Source: Callorhinchus milii
Lineage: Eukaryota
Assembly (NCBI RefSeq): GCF_018977255.1
Contig: NW_024704742.1
Span: 81,780,001-81,844,000 of the forward strand
DNA length: 64,000 nucleotides
Direction: 5' to 3'
Shown here: positions 46,100 through 59,974 of the stretch, piece after piece
How positions within the stretch are numbered: position 1 is the first letter of the stretch
Layout: each line of letters begins with the position of its first letter
Translations under genes and position numbers: made by a program
Notes under the pieces: generated by a model
What the model saw: only the letters and a program-made list of their open reading frames with translations
Told to the model about the DNA's origin: nothing
Databases searched by the model: none

Positions 46100-49000
46100 T
46101 ATGCTTCTGCTACCTCGTCCTCCCTTCCCTCCCGGTCTCCAGCACCTAAGCCATGACCACCATCACCCCTCTCCCCCCACCCCCACACACTGTCTCCCGT
46201 AGCCCACAGGCTGATACTGCCCCGCTGATCGCTGATCACTCGCTCCCAGTCTCTGTGTGCGTGTTTTGGCTGCCGCCCCAAACCGAGCCGCTCCTCCTGA
46301 AAATGTTCCTGCTCCCATACCCACATTCCGCTACTCCCACTCTGTCCTTCTCTCCCACCATGCTCCTCGCCTTCTCTCTCTCCTGGACCCCACCAATACA
46401 TCCCTCTGCTCCAGTCTGGGCATCCTCCGCCAGGCCTATCGTGGCTCCCGGCTTGGTTATCCCAGAGCAGCTGCCCCAACTGTCCCATCGCTCACTCTCG
46501 CCACAGCAACCGCCTCCAAAAGGCAAACATCCCTCCCTCATTCATACCATCTCCAACTCTCCCTGCTCCTCAAACTCCATGGTCACTTCTTCTCCACAAC
46601 CTCAAATCCTCTCTATATCACTCTCTTCATTATCCCCCCACCAGCAAACCTATCCGCATTTCCCTGCAAAATGTCCGCTCCCTCTCTAACAAAGCCCTTA
46701 CTATCCATGACCTCATTCTGGATGAGCACATTGATATTCTTGGGCTTACAGAAACCTGACTCTCCCCCAGTGACCCCGTACCCCTCGTTGAAGCCTCCAC
46801 TCCTGGCTACACTTTTCACCACAACACCCACCCCAACCAATGTGGCAGCAGGATGGCCTTCATCTCCCAAGCTTCCCTTGGTTTATCCCCCTATTCCTCT
46901 GGCTATTTCTCCTTGTTTGAGCTCCTTACCTTCTACCATCCCTCCTCTCTCTCCCTCAAAATACTTCTAGTTTACCGGCCCCGCTCCCCCAAACCTCATG
47001 GCTCCTTCCTCACCGATATCTCCTCTCTCCTCTCATCCCTGCCCCTCTGCACTGAACACCTGCTCATAATGGGTGATTTCAACCTCCACCTAAACTCCCC
47101 TTGCACTGCCTTCTCTTTTCCCTAAACCTCACCCTCCATATCAACTCGCTGACTCACAACTGTGGTCATTCCCTCAACCCAGTCATCATACATGGCCTTG
47201 ACATTTCCAACATTTCTATCACGGACAAAGCCATCTCAGACCACATCCTCATCTCCTACTCTTCCCACATCCCCCTCCATTCTTCCAAGCCCTCAACACA
47301 TTTTCTGCCCCTGCATAAATCTTCCCCCCGAGTCCCTCACAAATTCCCCAGCTTCCTTGGACATCCTCTCCCTCTGGCCATCCAGCTCCAGCGATTCTGA
47401 TGCAGCTGTCAAGCTGCTGAATGACCGTCTCTCCACAACCTTCAATTCCCTGGCTCCCCTGAAATCCATGGTTGTTTTCACACCCACCCGTTCCCCTTGC
47501 TACAACAGTCACCTGCGCTCACTCATAACACAAATCCTGATGCTTGAGCGCAGATGGCAGAAATACAGCCTTACGATCCACTGCCAGCTGTGGCTTGAGC
47601 ACCTCCGCACCTACCATCTTCCCTTTTAACAGGCCAAAACTGACTTTTTCTCTAAAGTCATCTTGGAGGCAAACAACAATCCGAAGACGCTGTGTTCCAC
47701 CATTGATCATCTCCACCATCTATCAACTCCCCCTTCTCTCCCCCATACTGGCCAACATTGTCAACCAGTCTCTCTCCTCAGACTCTGTTCCACTCTGCCT
47801 GAAAACTACTGTCATCATCCGGTCTGCTCCACATCCCCCGCCCCAACCGCCCTACCATCAGTGGCCGGGCCTTCAGCCTCTCAGCCCCTAGGCTCTGGAA
47901 CTCTATCCCCCAGTGCCTTCGCCTTGCCTCCTCCCTTTCCTCCTTCAAGGCCGGTCTCAAGACCTTTCTCTTTGATCATGCCTTCAGGTTCCCTCTCCCC
48001 TCACCCTGACCATTTTCCCTCTGCTCGGGTCCTGACCCAACTGTACAGTGCCTTGGGACATCCTCCTGAAGTGAAAGGCGCTCTATAAATGGAATCTTGT
48101 TGTTCTTGTTGTATCACAACGCTCCTCAAAAAACCCACCTCGATCTCTCTAATCTTGCACAACACCGTCCCATCTCCAACCTACACTTCCTTGCCAAAGT
48201 CCGGGAATGCATTGTTGCAGGTCAACTTGGGTCACACCTCTTCCTCCATTCCCTCCTTGAGCTCCTTCAGTCGGGTTTTCACGCTGCCCACAGCACAGAG
48301 ACAGCGCTTGTCAAAGTCACAAACGACATTTTCTATATCTGTGACCAGGGCTCTCTTTGCCTCTTCGTCCTCCTGGATTTCTCTGCCACATTCAATACAA
48401 TCAACCATGCCATCCTCCTCCATCAGCTCTCCTCCCTCATCCACCTTGGGACTGTACTTGCATGGTTCGAGTCTTACTTAACCAACCACCTCCATTTCAT
48501 CTCAGCAAATGGTTTCTCCTCCCACCCATCCTGGTCACCTGTGGGGCACCCCAGTGCTCCATCCTTGGCTCTCTTCTTTTCCTTATCTGTATGCTCCCTC
48601 TGGGTGATGTCATCCGCAGACACGGTGTAAACTTCCACATGTATGTGGATGACATACATGTGACACACATTTTTTCCTCCAGTACCAACTCCAGGTCCGC
48701 CAATGTTCTATCAGCTTGTCTGGCAGACATCAAGTCTTGGATGAGTGTGAACTTCCTGCAGCTGAATATGGGCAAGACAGAAGCCATACTCGTTGATGTT
48801 CTGGCCAGGCTCCACTGGCTCCCCATCACTGAACGGATCAACATCAAGATCCTCACACTCATGTTCAAATCCATTCACTCCCGAGCACCTCCCTACCTCT
48901 CTGACCTCCTCACTCCTCAATCCATTACCCGGCACCTCCATTCGACTGGCACCGGCCTCCTACTCATTCCTTACACCCTCCGCCCCACCATTGGAGGTCG

Positions 49001-49209
49001 TGCTTTCAGCCACTATGCCCCAAAACCTTGAACACTCTCCCTCAATCCCTCCACTTTGCCCCCTCTTCTCTTTTTCAAGTCCTGCCTGAAAACTTTCCTC
49101 TTCGACCGAGCTTATGGCCACTCTTGGAGTCAATGTCTGCCACTGTTAAGTGCTCTGAGATGCCACCCTGTGTGATGGATGCTATACAAGTGCAAGTTGT
49201 TGTTATTGT
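46100..49209 (+). mobile_element. Near full-length, internally deleted L2 (5' region, endonuclease, RT, type B tail) with a nested type A L2 fragment (47818-48112)
   Basis: Endonuclease motifs QNVRSL, LTET, LLVYRP, IMGDFNLH; RT motifs RPISNL.FL.KV, QSGF...HSTETALVKVTND, HMYVDD; nested piece flanked by atca. Confidence 0.93.
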
Positions 49210-50346
49210 TGAAGGAAGTTTCACCCCGTGTCTGGCCCCTTGATTAAACTGTTTATTTACTTAATGGCTGTTTGTGGGATGTTGTATGCGCAAGATTGGC
49301 TGCTGCATTCTTCAACACAGAAAGCATCTTTGGATTTTACAGTAAATCCTGTGAAAGTGCTTTGAGATGCCCTCTTGATGTAAAAGGCGGTGTATCAAAT
49401 GCAAGGATTATTATTTCTGATGATGGATACGTGGTCTACATCAACCTGAGTTATACCACCCATTGGCGTGCTTGACACTGACACTGGTGAATGCCTGAAG
49501 TGGGAAAGTATTCCATTTTGAGGAACTACCATGTCTCGCCCAGATTAGAGTAATTCCACTGAAGAAAAAGCCTTCCAATAAAACAGACCATCTGAGGAGA
49601 AAAAGGCAATTTCCTCACCTCACTTAAATAACGCTGAATCACAATATTGGACTACACTCAGTTAGTGTGGAATTGCTGTGATTTTGATCTTGGTACATGT
49701 GTAGTTTCCTGTCACACTTCCAAAGAACCTGGCATCATGCTGTCCACCCACTCAACAACAATATTCACACTGCGTTTTACTTACAGAGTTTGTATCCTGT
49801 CTCACTTATCTGACAGTCTGTCACGTAAGGTGGCTGTTCAAATTTCCATTACTAGGTTAATTCTCGTACTAACCTTTCCTTGGCCCAGCGTATGCTGGGC
49901 AACGATGCATAAAATGAGCAGCTGTCTCCCTCATGTCAGTGCAAGCCACTCTTACACCTCTTGTTTCCTCCCTCATTGATACTAAACCATCCAGCTAAAA
50001 CTCTCATGAACAGTGATGTTGCTCAGTTAGTGAACAGTTGATTCCTTTTTGTTCCACAATTCAAGCACTCCGCGACACACTGCCCCGTGTGAAGGGCGCT
50101 ATATGAATGCAAGTTGTTGTTGCATATTGTATTCACATGGCTTATTAACTCACAGTTGGCAGATAGCAATGCTAAAGGAAACCATGCTAGTTGGTGTTCC
50201 TTCTATTTTCTATTGTGTTTTTACCGCCCTTCCTTGAATAAAACTCTGTAGTGCTCTCATCTCTTTTAGTTACAAAATTAATATTGAGCCCCAGGTAAAA
50301 GGGGAAAAAAACAACGGAAGGAATGAAGGACTGCTTCAGATCTTAC

Positions 50347-50410
50347 CTTTTACTTTGAGGTCTACTTGGTGTCACCTATTCACATTTTTTTCCAGCAACC
50401 TTTAGCACAT
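50347..50410 (-). other. Weak candidate non-coding exon, 64 nt
   Basis: Strong donor AAG|gtaaga; weak acceptor ttttaataacacag; stops in all frames. Confidence 0.2.
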
Positions 50411-50484
50411 CTGTGTTATTAAAATTGAGTGACTTCGTAATGATTGTATAAGATGGAAGTTTATGCTTGTGTGAGAAAAATATT

Positions 50485-50660
50485 ATGTAACCAACTAAAA
50501 ATGCATAGCTTGCCATTGATATCTGCCAAGAGATAGGATCACCTGCCTATTAGGGCTTTGGCTTGACGGGTTAACAGGAGTTCAGTGGGATGATTCCCTA
50601 CCCCAATAACTAGTCTACCCATCCAAGTCCTGCCGATCAACCAGGCTCACCCTGCTGTCA
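50485..50660 (+). repeat. Unclassified repeat family fragment
   Basis: aaccaactaaaaatgcatagcttgccat...attagggctttggcttgacgggttaacag matches 1093-1205. Confidence 0.72.
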
Positions 50661-50929
50661 TACGAAAATATTATAAGGTAGTAATGAAATACTTAAATTG
50701 ACAGCTGCTACAATTAGGAAAGGTTTGTTCAACCAACCAGCTGAGGACCAAAACTCCTTGTATTGCCCATGAGACCATTTTGTCTTAAAATGCAATATTT
50801 CGCTGAATTGTGGGAAATGTTTAATTCTTGTGCTAATTTGCAAATTCTTTTTCTGCAGTTTCTAAGAAGAAGTGCCTTCCCAAGTTAAGCCTGAATTTAA
50901 AAATCTTCCACAATTTTGGAAAGAGTTGA

Positions 50930-51275
50930 ACTGGGTCAGAAAGTTGTGGGTTTAAATCCTGCATCAGGAACTTGGAGCTTGTGGTAGTGAATGACACTGT
51001 TGTGCATTGTTGGAAGGCTGCCCTTCAGATGAAATGTTAAAATTAGGTCCTGTCTGCCTGTTCAGGTGGACACTAAAGATTTTGTGGGAGTTTATCCTGG
51101 TGCCATGGCCAACAATCTTCCAGTTAAATTGATCTCCTGGCTGTTTGCTGGAAATCGCTGTGAACAAATTGGCAGCCATGCCTTACACAGTCACTGCACT
51201 TTACAGAAAAACTCTGTGAAAAGCTTTGAGACAATACAACATAATAAGATGCTACATCAAATTCAACTGTATTTA
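50930..51275 (+). mobile_element. Old Deu-SINE
   Basis: gtcagaaagttgtgggtttaaatcc head remnant; Deu block ggtcctgtctgcctgttcaggtggac. Confidence 0.8.
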
Positions 51276-51523
51276 TGCTCTAACGGTGTGAACTAATGAG
51301 CAGCTGAGGCTACCATCTCGGCAGCCGGGCTGTTCCAATTGGATCATGCTACTCAATTCAATTCACCTAGTTTTTTGGTAAATCACAGCATTTTAATGAA
51401 AATAAGCCTCAAAATTGGAGCATAAATAGGGTGTTTGAGTGATCTCAGATGGAATTCCAGTAAGTCATATAAATTACTGGATCCAAATGTTAGTACTGCA
51501 GCATTCTTACATTCATGCAACAG

Positions 51524-54085
51524 TCATAGAATCATAGAATTATACAGCACAGAAATGTAGGCCATTCAGACCATCGTGTCTGTGCCACCACTTTGAAAAG
51601 AGCTTACAAATCAATCCCACTCCCCCGCGCTCTCCCCATAGCCCTGCAGACTTGTCCCCCCAAAATAATTACTTACTTCTCTCTTAAAAGATGTTATCAA
51701 ATCAGCTTCCACCACCCTTTCAGGTAATGCATTCAGATTCGAACAACTCGCTGTGTGAAAAAAAATTCTCCTCACTTCCCCTCTGTTTCTTTCAACAACT
51801 ATTTTAAATTGGTGTCCTTGGGCTACCAAACCATCCGCCAATGGATATAGTTTCTCCTTGTTCACCCTATCGACTCCCCTCATAATTTTGAAAACTTCTT
51901 TTAAGTCTCCTCTTAACCTTCTCTGCTCCAAGGAGAATAATCTTAGCTTCTTGAGCCTCTCCTCATAACTGAACTCCCTCATTCTTGGTACAATCCTGGT
52001 AAATCTCCTTTGCACCCTCTCCAATGCCTTGACATCCATCCTAAAGTGTGGTGCCCAGAACTCAACACAATTAAGCTGAGGGTTAACCAGTGTTCACCAT
52101 AACTTCCTGACATTTGTATTCCATGCCCCTATTTATAAACCTAATATTCTGTATGCTTTTTTATTAGTTTTATCTACCTATTATGACAACTACAATTTCC
52201 CACCTCCCTCTGCAACAAGACTCTGACCATCAATGACCTCATTGTTGATAAAAATATCAACATCATGGCCCTCATTGAAACCTGGATCATCCCAGGTGAT
52301 ACCTTCCCCCTCACTGAGTACACAATACACGGATATATCCCACCATAACCCACGTCCCAACCACCGTGTGGCCCTCATCTCCATGACCTCACTTGCTCTA
52401 TCCCTTTACTCTGGCTCATTCCCCTCATTCGAGCACCTTGCACTCTACCATCCCTCCAATCTTTCCCTGAAAATTCTCCTCATTTACTACCTCCCCCAAA
52501 CCTCCCCCACATTCATCTCTGACATCTCCACCCTCCTAGCTTCCCTCTGCCTCTGTTCCAAACGCCTCCTCATCCTCGGCGATTTCAAAATTTACTTTAG
52601 CCCCTCCTGCCCTATTTCCTCGGACATTTTCTCTCTCCTTTTCTCTCACAACCTCTCTCTCCACATCCACTCTGCCACCCAAGTTCATGGCCACCCACTC
52701 GATCTGGTGATTACGCGGGGCCTCAGTGTCTTGGATATAACACATAAAGCCACCTCCAATCACCATTGCATCTCCTTTAACTCCTCAATCCCTATCTCTA
52801 CTGCCACCAAACCAACCTCCATCCCCTACCTCCCCTGGAAAAAAATCTCCCCACAAACCCTCTCTGCTGCCCTGGAGTCATCCAAACTCCTCCCCCTCTG
52901 GCCTATCTCCTATACTGATTTATCCTCCTCGCTCACTCTCCTTTACAACTACCTCTCCACCACTCTTCATACCCTTGCTCCCCTTACCTCCCAAATTGCC
53001 TCCTACTCACAAACCTCACCCTGGTACACCAGGGACCTCTGCTCCCTCAAGGGTCAGGTGCGGGCCACTGAATACACCTGGCTCAAGTCTGATCTAATGG
53101 TTCACAGGCAGATCTGGCTGGATCACATCAAAATGTATCGCTCCGCCCTTTCCTCCATCAAATTGTCCTTCTACTCCAAGATAATCTTGAAGGCGAAGGC
53201 CAACCCCAGGCTCCTATTCTTTACCACTAACTGGCTCCTCAAGCTGCCAAAACCCTCATACATGCATTAGTCACCTCAAGGCTCGACTATGGATATTCCC
53301 TCCTTGTTGGCCTCCCCAACTCTTCCCTCCACAGCTGCAGACGATCCAAAACTCTGCAGCTCATGTCCTCTCCCGCACCAGGATCCAGGACCCCATCACC
53401 CCCACTTTCATCTGTCTCCACTGGCTCTCCATCCCTCAGATGGGGCCTAGAATTAAAAATCCTTGTCCTCACCTTCAAGGCCCTCCGTGGCCTTGCCCCT
53501 TCCCATATCTCTGACCTGCTAACCCCCTGTAAACCTATCCACTCCTTCCAGTCAGCAGGTCTATGTCACCTGCTCAACCCGCCCTACCATCAGCAGCCTG
53601 GCTTTCAACCTCTCTGCCCCCACCCTTTGGAACTCCATCTCATAATCCCTTCACCTTGCTCCCTCTCTTTCTTCCTTCAAGGCACAAGGCAGACCCTCCT
53701 TTGCGACCATGCCTTCAGCCGCTCTCCTATCCTCTCTACCCACCCTCAGCCCAATCCTGCCCCACCATGCTCGAGTCCTGATCCCTGACTGTTCAGTGTC
53801 TTGGGACGTCCTCCTGACGTGAAAGGCGCTTTACAAATGTAATGTTGCTGTTATAATTATATTAACCTCCGTGTCTCTTTGTTCCTTCACGCCCTTTAAA
53901 ATTGTACCACCTAGCTTATATTGCCTCTCCTCGTTCTACTTCCTAAAATGCATCATTTCTCCACATTAAACCTCATCTGCCACATGTCTGCCCATTTTAC
54001 CAGTCTGTCTATGTCCTCTTGCAGTATCATCTGCAAAATTGGAAATTGTACTCCCTATATCCAAGTCCAGGTCATTTATGTAGAT
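51524..54085 (-). mobile_element. CR1 3' portion, (ATTCTATG)n type (51524-52180 and 53862-54085), split by an L2
   Basis: ORF 51611-52039 (LERVQRRFTR...LRGDL); the upstream CR1 sequence resumes collinearly at about 53862. Confidence 0.9.
52190..53853 (+). mobile_element. Internally deleted L2 (endonuclease region joined to the C-terminus and type A tail; RT core absent)
   Basis: ORF 52233-53270 has LILGDF, GHPLDLVIT and PWYT motifs, then jumps directly to ALVTSRLDY at about 53265. Confidence 0.9.
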
Positions 54086-55429
54086 CACAGTATTCAACAG
54101 GAATCAATTACTTGTGTTCTTTTCCTGTGTTACCCATGGCATTATTTAAAAAGAAAAGGTAGTTTCTCCTGGCCAAAAATCCTCCATACAAAAAAAAAAT
54201 CATTTTCTCCAAAGCTGTTTGTCGGACATTGAGTGTGCAAATTGGCTGCTACAAATTGCAATTAAAATACTTTTCAGTAGGAAAATTCTACAAAGTGCTT
54301 TGAATGGTTTCAATAATGTGATTAACCGCTATATTAAATACACAGATTATCACTATTATATTGAATAATTTATTGAAAATCGTGTCATTTTTAAAAACTT
54401 TTAAGGTAACATTTCTTTAGGATTTACCAACCATGTGGTTCAGCCTCTTATAGACTAGATAATCTCACCCTTTTCCCGAACTGGGCTTTGGAGAAGGATC
54501 TGAGCTCCACCTGCCAGATTACCTCTCCTTGGCTTGGCTCAGCTATGGGGCTGATGAAATATGGACTCGTGACAATTCGGGTGTCTGATCTCATGGGATT
54601 CCATCTCAAAACAAGATGCTCAAGGGCACCAACACAGCCAGCAGCCAGCCAGCAATCTTTAAGGGACCACCATTAACATCCCATTAAAGACTTGCTGGCC
54701 ATATTCTTTAATAAGGTTAACAAAACACTTGACTGTTCAGCACTTTGGGATGTCCTCTCGACGTGAAAGGCGCTCTATAAATGTAATTTTGTTGTTGTTG
54801 TTGTTGCTGACTGGTGTTCTGTACATACGTCGCCTACATCATACACAGTGACTACACTTTACAGTATATCCTGTGAGGCGCTTGGAGAAGTCCTCACATC
54901 ACAAAAGGTGCTATATCAAATGTAAGGATTATTATTATAGTAGTGTGCACAGCTAAGCAATGAGAAAGAGAAGTATAAATCAGGCTTCAGGCATCACTTC
55001 GCTCTGCTGCTGCAAGTACAGCAGTTTTCTATGATTCAAAAGAGACATAAAGCAATTACCAGTATTAGTACAGCAGGTGCACTATAAAAGAACCGTTAGA
55101 AACAGTAGAGTCAATCCAACTTACTGTACACTTTTAACTGGATGTTCATGTTAATCTGTGCAATACCATCAAAAGGCCTGATTAAAATAGACAGGTCATA
55201 TTGCAAGAATTACAATCAGAATTACTCCCATCAGTTACATAGAAGCTGCAATATCCTCCTGGGTCATTCTGTTAAATACATCTTCATATTGTTGCTTGTC
55301 AAATTGCTGTCTCTTTATGTTAAATTGCATGATTTAAGCCCAGGAGCCTGCTCTGTGTTACTAGCTACTGTAGTAGACTCTTACTCACGATGCGACTCAT
55401 ACCCCTCAGTGTGTTACTGCTTAATCTAT

Positions 55430-57929
55430 CTGGCTAGAGTTAAGGAACAAAAAAGGAGCTGTTACGCTGATAGGAGTATACTATACACCACAAAATAGTG
55501 GGAAGGAAATAGATGAGCAGATCTGCAAGCAGATCTCAGACAGATGCAAGGCCAATAGAGTCGTGATAATGGGGGACTTTAATTATCCCAACATAGACTG
55601 GCAAAACAACAGCGCAAAGGGCAAGGAGTGGGAAATATTCCTCAAATGCATACAGGACAACTTTCTTGATCAGTACGTTTCCAGCCCAACGAGGAAAGAA
55701 GCAGTGATGGATCTAGTTCTGGGGAATGAAGTAGGGCAAGTGGAGCAGGTTTCAATGGGAGAGCATCTGGGCAAATATTTTACAAACATATCAAGAAAAA
55801 TAGGTTAGTCAAAGGTAGGGTGGGGCCAATTAAGGACCAAGGCAGAAATCTTATTGTGGAGACAGAGGGCATGGCTGATGTACTGAATGAGTACTTTGCA
55901 TCTGTCTTCACAAAAGAAGTGGATGCACCAAATGCCACAGTATCGGAGGAGAGGGTAGAGGAAATGGATAAGATAGGTATAAACAGAGAAGAAGTAATAA
56001 TAATAATAATCCTTGCATTTGATATAGCGCTTTTCACATCTTCTAGACGTTCCAAAGCGCTTCACAGAATATACTGTAAAGTGAATTGACTGTATATTTG
56101 GGGGCGAACGCGGCAGCCAATTGCGCACAGCAATGTCCCACAAACAGTCGTGGATTGAAAATGACCAATTTATTATTGTTTTGTTTTTTTGGAGGGATTA
56201 TTATCAGGCGTGTGGAGTAAGGAAACTTGCCCAAGGTTTCGCCCTCTGCCTGGAATTGAACTCAGGTTTCTCGCTTGCAAAGCGAGTGTTCTAACCACTG
56301 AGTTATGGGACTGCACAAGTACTGAAAAGGTTGACTCGGTTGAAGGTAGATAAGTAGCCCGGTCTGGACGGGATGCAGCCAAGATTACTACGGGAGGCAC
56401 GGGTACAAATAGCAGAGGGTTTGGGCTACAATTTTTCAACCTTCGTTGGACACAGGAGTAGTGCCAGAGGACTGGAGAGTGGCCAATGTGACTCCCCTGT
56501 ACAAAAAGGGACAGAAAGGACAAACCTGGGAACTACAGGCCAGTCAGCCTAACATCAGTAGTGGGGAAACTCCTGGAGACTATAATCGTGGACAGAATAA
56601 ATCTTCACTTAGGAGAATATGGGTTAATTAGGGGCAGCCAACATGGATTTGTTAAAGGCAAATCTTGTCTAACAAATCCAACGGAATTTTTCGATGAGGT
56701 AACGGAGAGGGTGGATGAAGGTAGTGCAGTAGATGTAGTTTATATGGACTTTCAAAAGGCATTTGACAAAGTGCCACATGAAAGACTTGTAAGAAAGATA
56801 GAAGCCCATGGTATAAAAGGGAGAGTGGCAGCGTGGATCCAGAACTGGCTGGGAGACAGAAAGCAGAGAGTTGTGGTGAACGGCTGCTTTTCTGACTGGA
56901 GGGAAGTGTACAGTGACGTTCCCCAGGGATCGGTATTAGGACCTCTGCTCTTCTTAATACACATAAATGATTTGGACTTGGGTATAGCAAGCACCATTTC
57001 CAACTTTGCGGACGACACAAAGTTAGGTACGGTGGTAAACTGTGAGAAGGATAGTAGCTAACTGCAGGAAGACATAGACAGAATGGTAAAATGGGCAGAC
57101 ACATGGCAGATGAGTTTCAATGTGGAGAAATACGAGGTAATGCATTTTGGAAGAAAGAATGAGTGGAAACAATATAGGCTACGTAATACAATCTTAAGGA
57201 GGGTGAAGGACCAGAGAGACTTGGGGGTGCAAGTAAATGAATCCTTGAAGGTGGCAGGACAGGTAGATAAAGCTGTAAAAAGGGCATAAGGGATATTAGG
57301 CTTTATTAATAGGGGCATAGAGTACAAGAGTCAGGAGGTTATGATTAACCTATATAAAACACTGGTTAGGCCTCAGTTAGAATACTGCACCCAGTTTTGA
57401 GCACCACACTATAGGAAGGATGTTAAAGCATTGGAAACGGTGCAGAGGAGATTTACAAGGATAGAAGCAGGAATGAGGACCTTGATTATGAGGAAAGGCT
57501 AGAGAGGTGGGAATTATTCTCATTGGAGCAGAGAAGGTTATGAGGAGACCTAATAGAGGTTTTCAAAATCATGAGGGGATTTGATAAGTTAGAAAGGGAA
57601 AAACTGTTTCTACTGGTGGGTGTGTCAGTGATTCAAGATCGCAGATTTAAAATAGTTTCTAAAAGAAGCAGAGGGGAGGTGAGAAGAATTTTTTTCACAC
57701 AGTGAGTTGTTCTAATCTGGAACGCATTGCCTGAAAGGGTGGTCGAGGCCGATTCGATAACAACTTTTAAAAACGCAATGGATGGATATTTGAGGTGGAC
57801 GGGTTTGCAGGGTTATGGGGAAAGTGCTGGGGAGTGGGATTGATGTTACATTGCTCTTTTCAATGAGCCGGCACAGACTCGATGGGCCGAATGGCCTCTT
57901 TTTGTGCTGTACGATTCTATGATTCTATG
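55430..57929 (+). mobile_element. CR1 LINE ORF2 pseudogene (endonuclease part, RT, 3' UTR, gattctatgattctatg tail)
   Basis: [68 protein letters not shown]; multiple stops and frameshifts. Confidence 0.97.
55997..56316 (-). mobile_element. Young tRNA-Ala-derived SINE inside CR1 ORF2
   Basis: TSD aagta (55992-55996 and 56317-56321); removal restores INREEVLKRL. Confidence 0.95.
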
Positions 57930-59094
57930 GTAATCTGTGGGTTGTGATACTAAATAATAATCATCCTTGTGTTTGATATCACATCACCGAGACATCTCAA
58001 AGAGCTTCAGTTAATTTAGTATAAAGTGTATTTAGTGTGTGTTTGCAAGCAAACGTAGCAACCAATTTGTACACAGCTTTGTCCCACAAACAACTATGAA
58101 ATAAATGATTTGGGAAACTGTTGACCGGGAGAAACTTCCTTCTCTTTACGAGCAGTACCATGGGATCTTTATTGTCTTCCTGAACAGGCTCAACGTTTTA
58201 TCCAAAGGACAGATGAGCAATAACTAAATGCAAATGCGTGTGTACCATTACCCTGAATAATCTAAATAATGATTAGACCCTATTGTGCTGTACATTTTAT
58301 CTTATTTACAACTTCAAAGTTCAGCAGGGGAAAAACAAAAAAGTGGGTACATAATTGCTTTGTAAAATTGAACTCACTCCTCTGGTCCCACACCTTCCAG
58401 ACCATCGATCAGATAGTTAGAACCATAATTCCTAACCACTGTTCTACTCCGTCTTGCCTGCAGCCTCTGTCAAAAAACGTTTGAAATTGATATGCGTTCC
58501 TTAATACTCTTTTTATTTGTTTTATGAAGACATCAGAAAGAGTTTAAAAAAAGTGTAAGTTGAAAAATTAGCAAAAAACAAAGTACAGAAAGTAATCCAA
58601 ACAAACAAGGTAAAAACCTTAATATTTTATAATTGTTTTTGAATCCAGTGTCAGATCCGAGAATTGGTTCATTTTTTTTCTCCCCATCCCATTGTAAAAC
58701 TAGAACAGGTACTGTGTTCAGATAATTCCTGGCAGCCTACCATAGGAAACAGTGTGGTGTTGTTTAAGCCTTTACCTATTCTCACTTTATCAGTGGAAGA
58801 TTTATGACTGAGTCTTATCTGTGTTGAAGCAACCACATGGTTACTTCAAAATGGAGAAACATCTAAGCGCTTTAACCATGTCTGAGTTTAAAACTAATCC
58901 ACAATTTGAAAACAAGAGAAATTAGATGCTTTATACACACACTTAAGCTCCAGACCTTCCTGTGGCATTTTAGTTGTTAAGTTGTTGAAATAAAGTAATT
59001 GCACCTTATTCACCAAAGAATATTATTTGACTTTAAAACAGTGGAATGAAACACTGAAAACATCAGAAAATGTAAATTGTAGCATTAAATTTAG

Positions 59095-59285
59095 GAACTT
59101 CATCCCACATTCCCTTTGCCTCGTTCCCTCCCTCAAGACCCTCCACATCAACAGTACCTCCTCCTCTCCCTGCCCTCCACTCTCCCTTACCCCAACCCCC
59201 ACCACCCCAGCTCAGGTCCAGATCCCTGACTGTGCAGCACCTTGGGATGTCCTCCTCATGTGGAAGACACTATACAAATGTAATT
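59095..59285 (+). mobile_element. L2 3' UTR fragment (tail type A)
   Basis: cctcaagaccctc...gcaccttgggatgtcctcct.atgtggaag.cactatacaaatgtaat. Confidence 0.78.
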
Positions 59286-59974
59286 ACTGAAGCAATATCA
59301 TTGACAAATACAAAACGAAACAAAATAAAAATGTACTCAATGCTTTTGAACCGAGTGTAAAATCTCTGAATGTCCGTTGTGCTTTGGAGAAAGGTAGTGC
59401 AGCCGGTAATGAATACTGCTTACTGAAAGCCTAAATACACCATTATTCATCTCGTTGACCATTATAACACCAAAAGCATGTTTACAAGATTTTCAATCTC
59501 ACCTCTGTCAACCGAGCTGTATAAAATAGCAATTAAAATAGTGTGTTCCATCAATGTTGATAAAGAGAGATACAGAGGTAACAAATAACACATGTGGCTT
59601 ATCTTTCTGAGTACCACTATAAGCTCTGAAACACCAATGATTTTTGTTTCATAGCTTAATCTGACTCTCAAATCGGAGTTTCTTTCTATTCTATTTATTT
59701 TTGTACTGTGCAGGCATTTTTTGTTTCATTATTATTATTATTTTTCATAATTTCTGTGTGTTTTATTTTCACTGACAGCAGAGCAATTTCAAACACATTG
59801 TCATATTCTGTTACATTCATATCCTTGAAAGGTATGATTCACATTGGGGTGACTCTTTGATTGCATCCCAGCCTCTGGGAACGAAGGTTGTGATCAGTTG
59901 AGCTCCCACACTTTTTTGGGGTCAGCTGAGTGAACCCATCACAATGCTTAAGAGTATCCAAACCAAACTTTTCT

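Noticed and set aside
50610..50658. 5S rRNA-like string on the minus strand (agcagggtgagcctggtt...acttggatgggtagac), suggesting a SINE3 head
   Set aside because: It is internal to the unclassified repeat, needs a 7-nt gap, and the homologous positions in the copies at about 1240-1285 and 43065-43105 are much less 5S-like.
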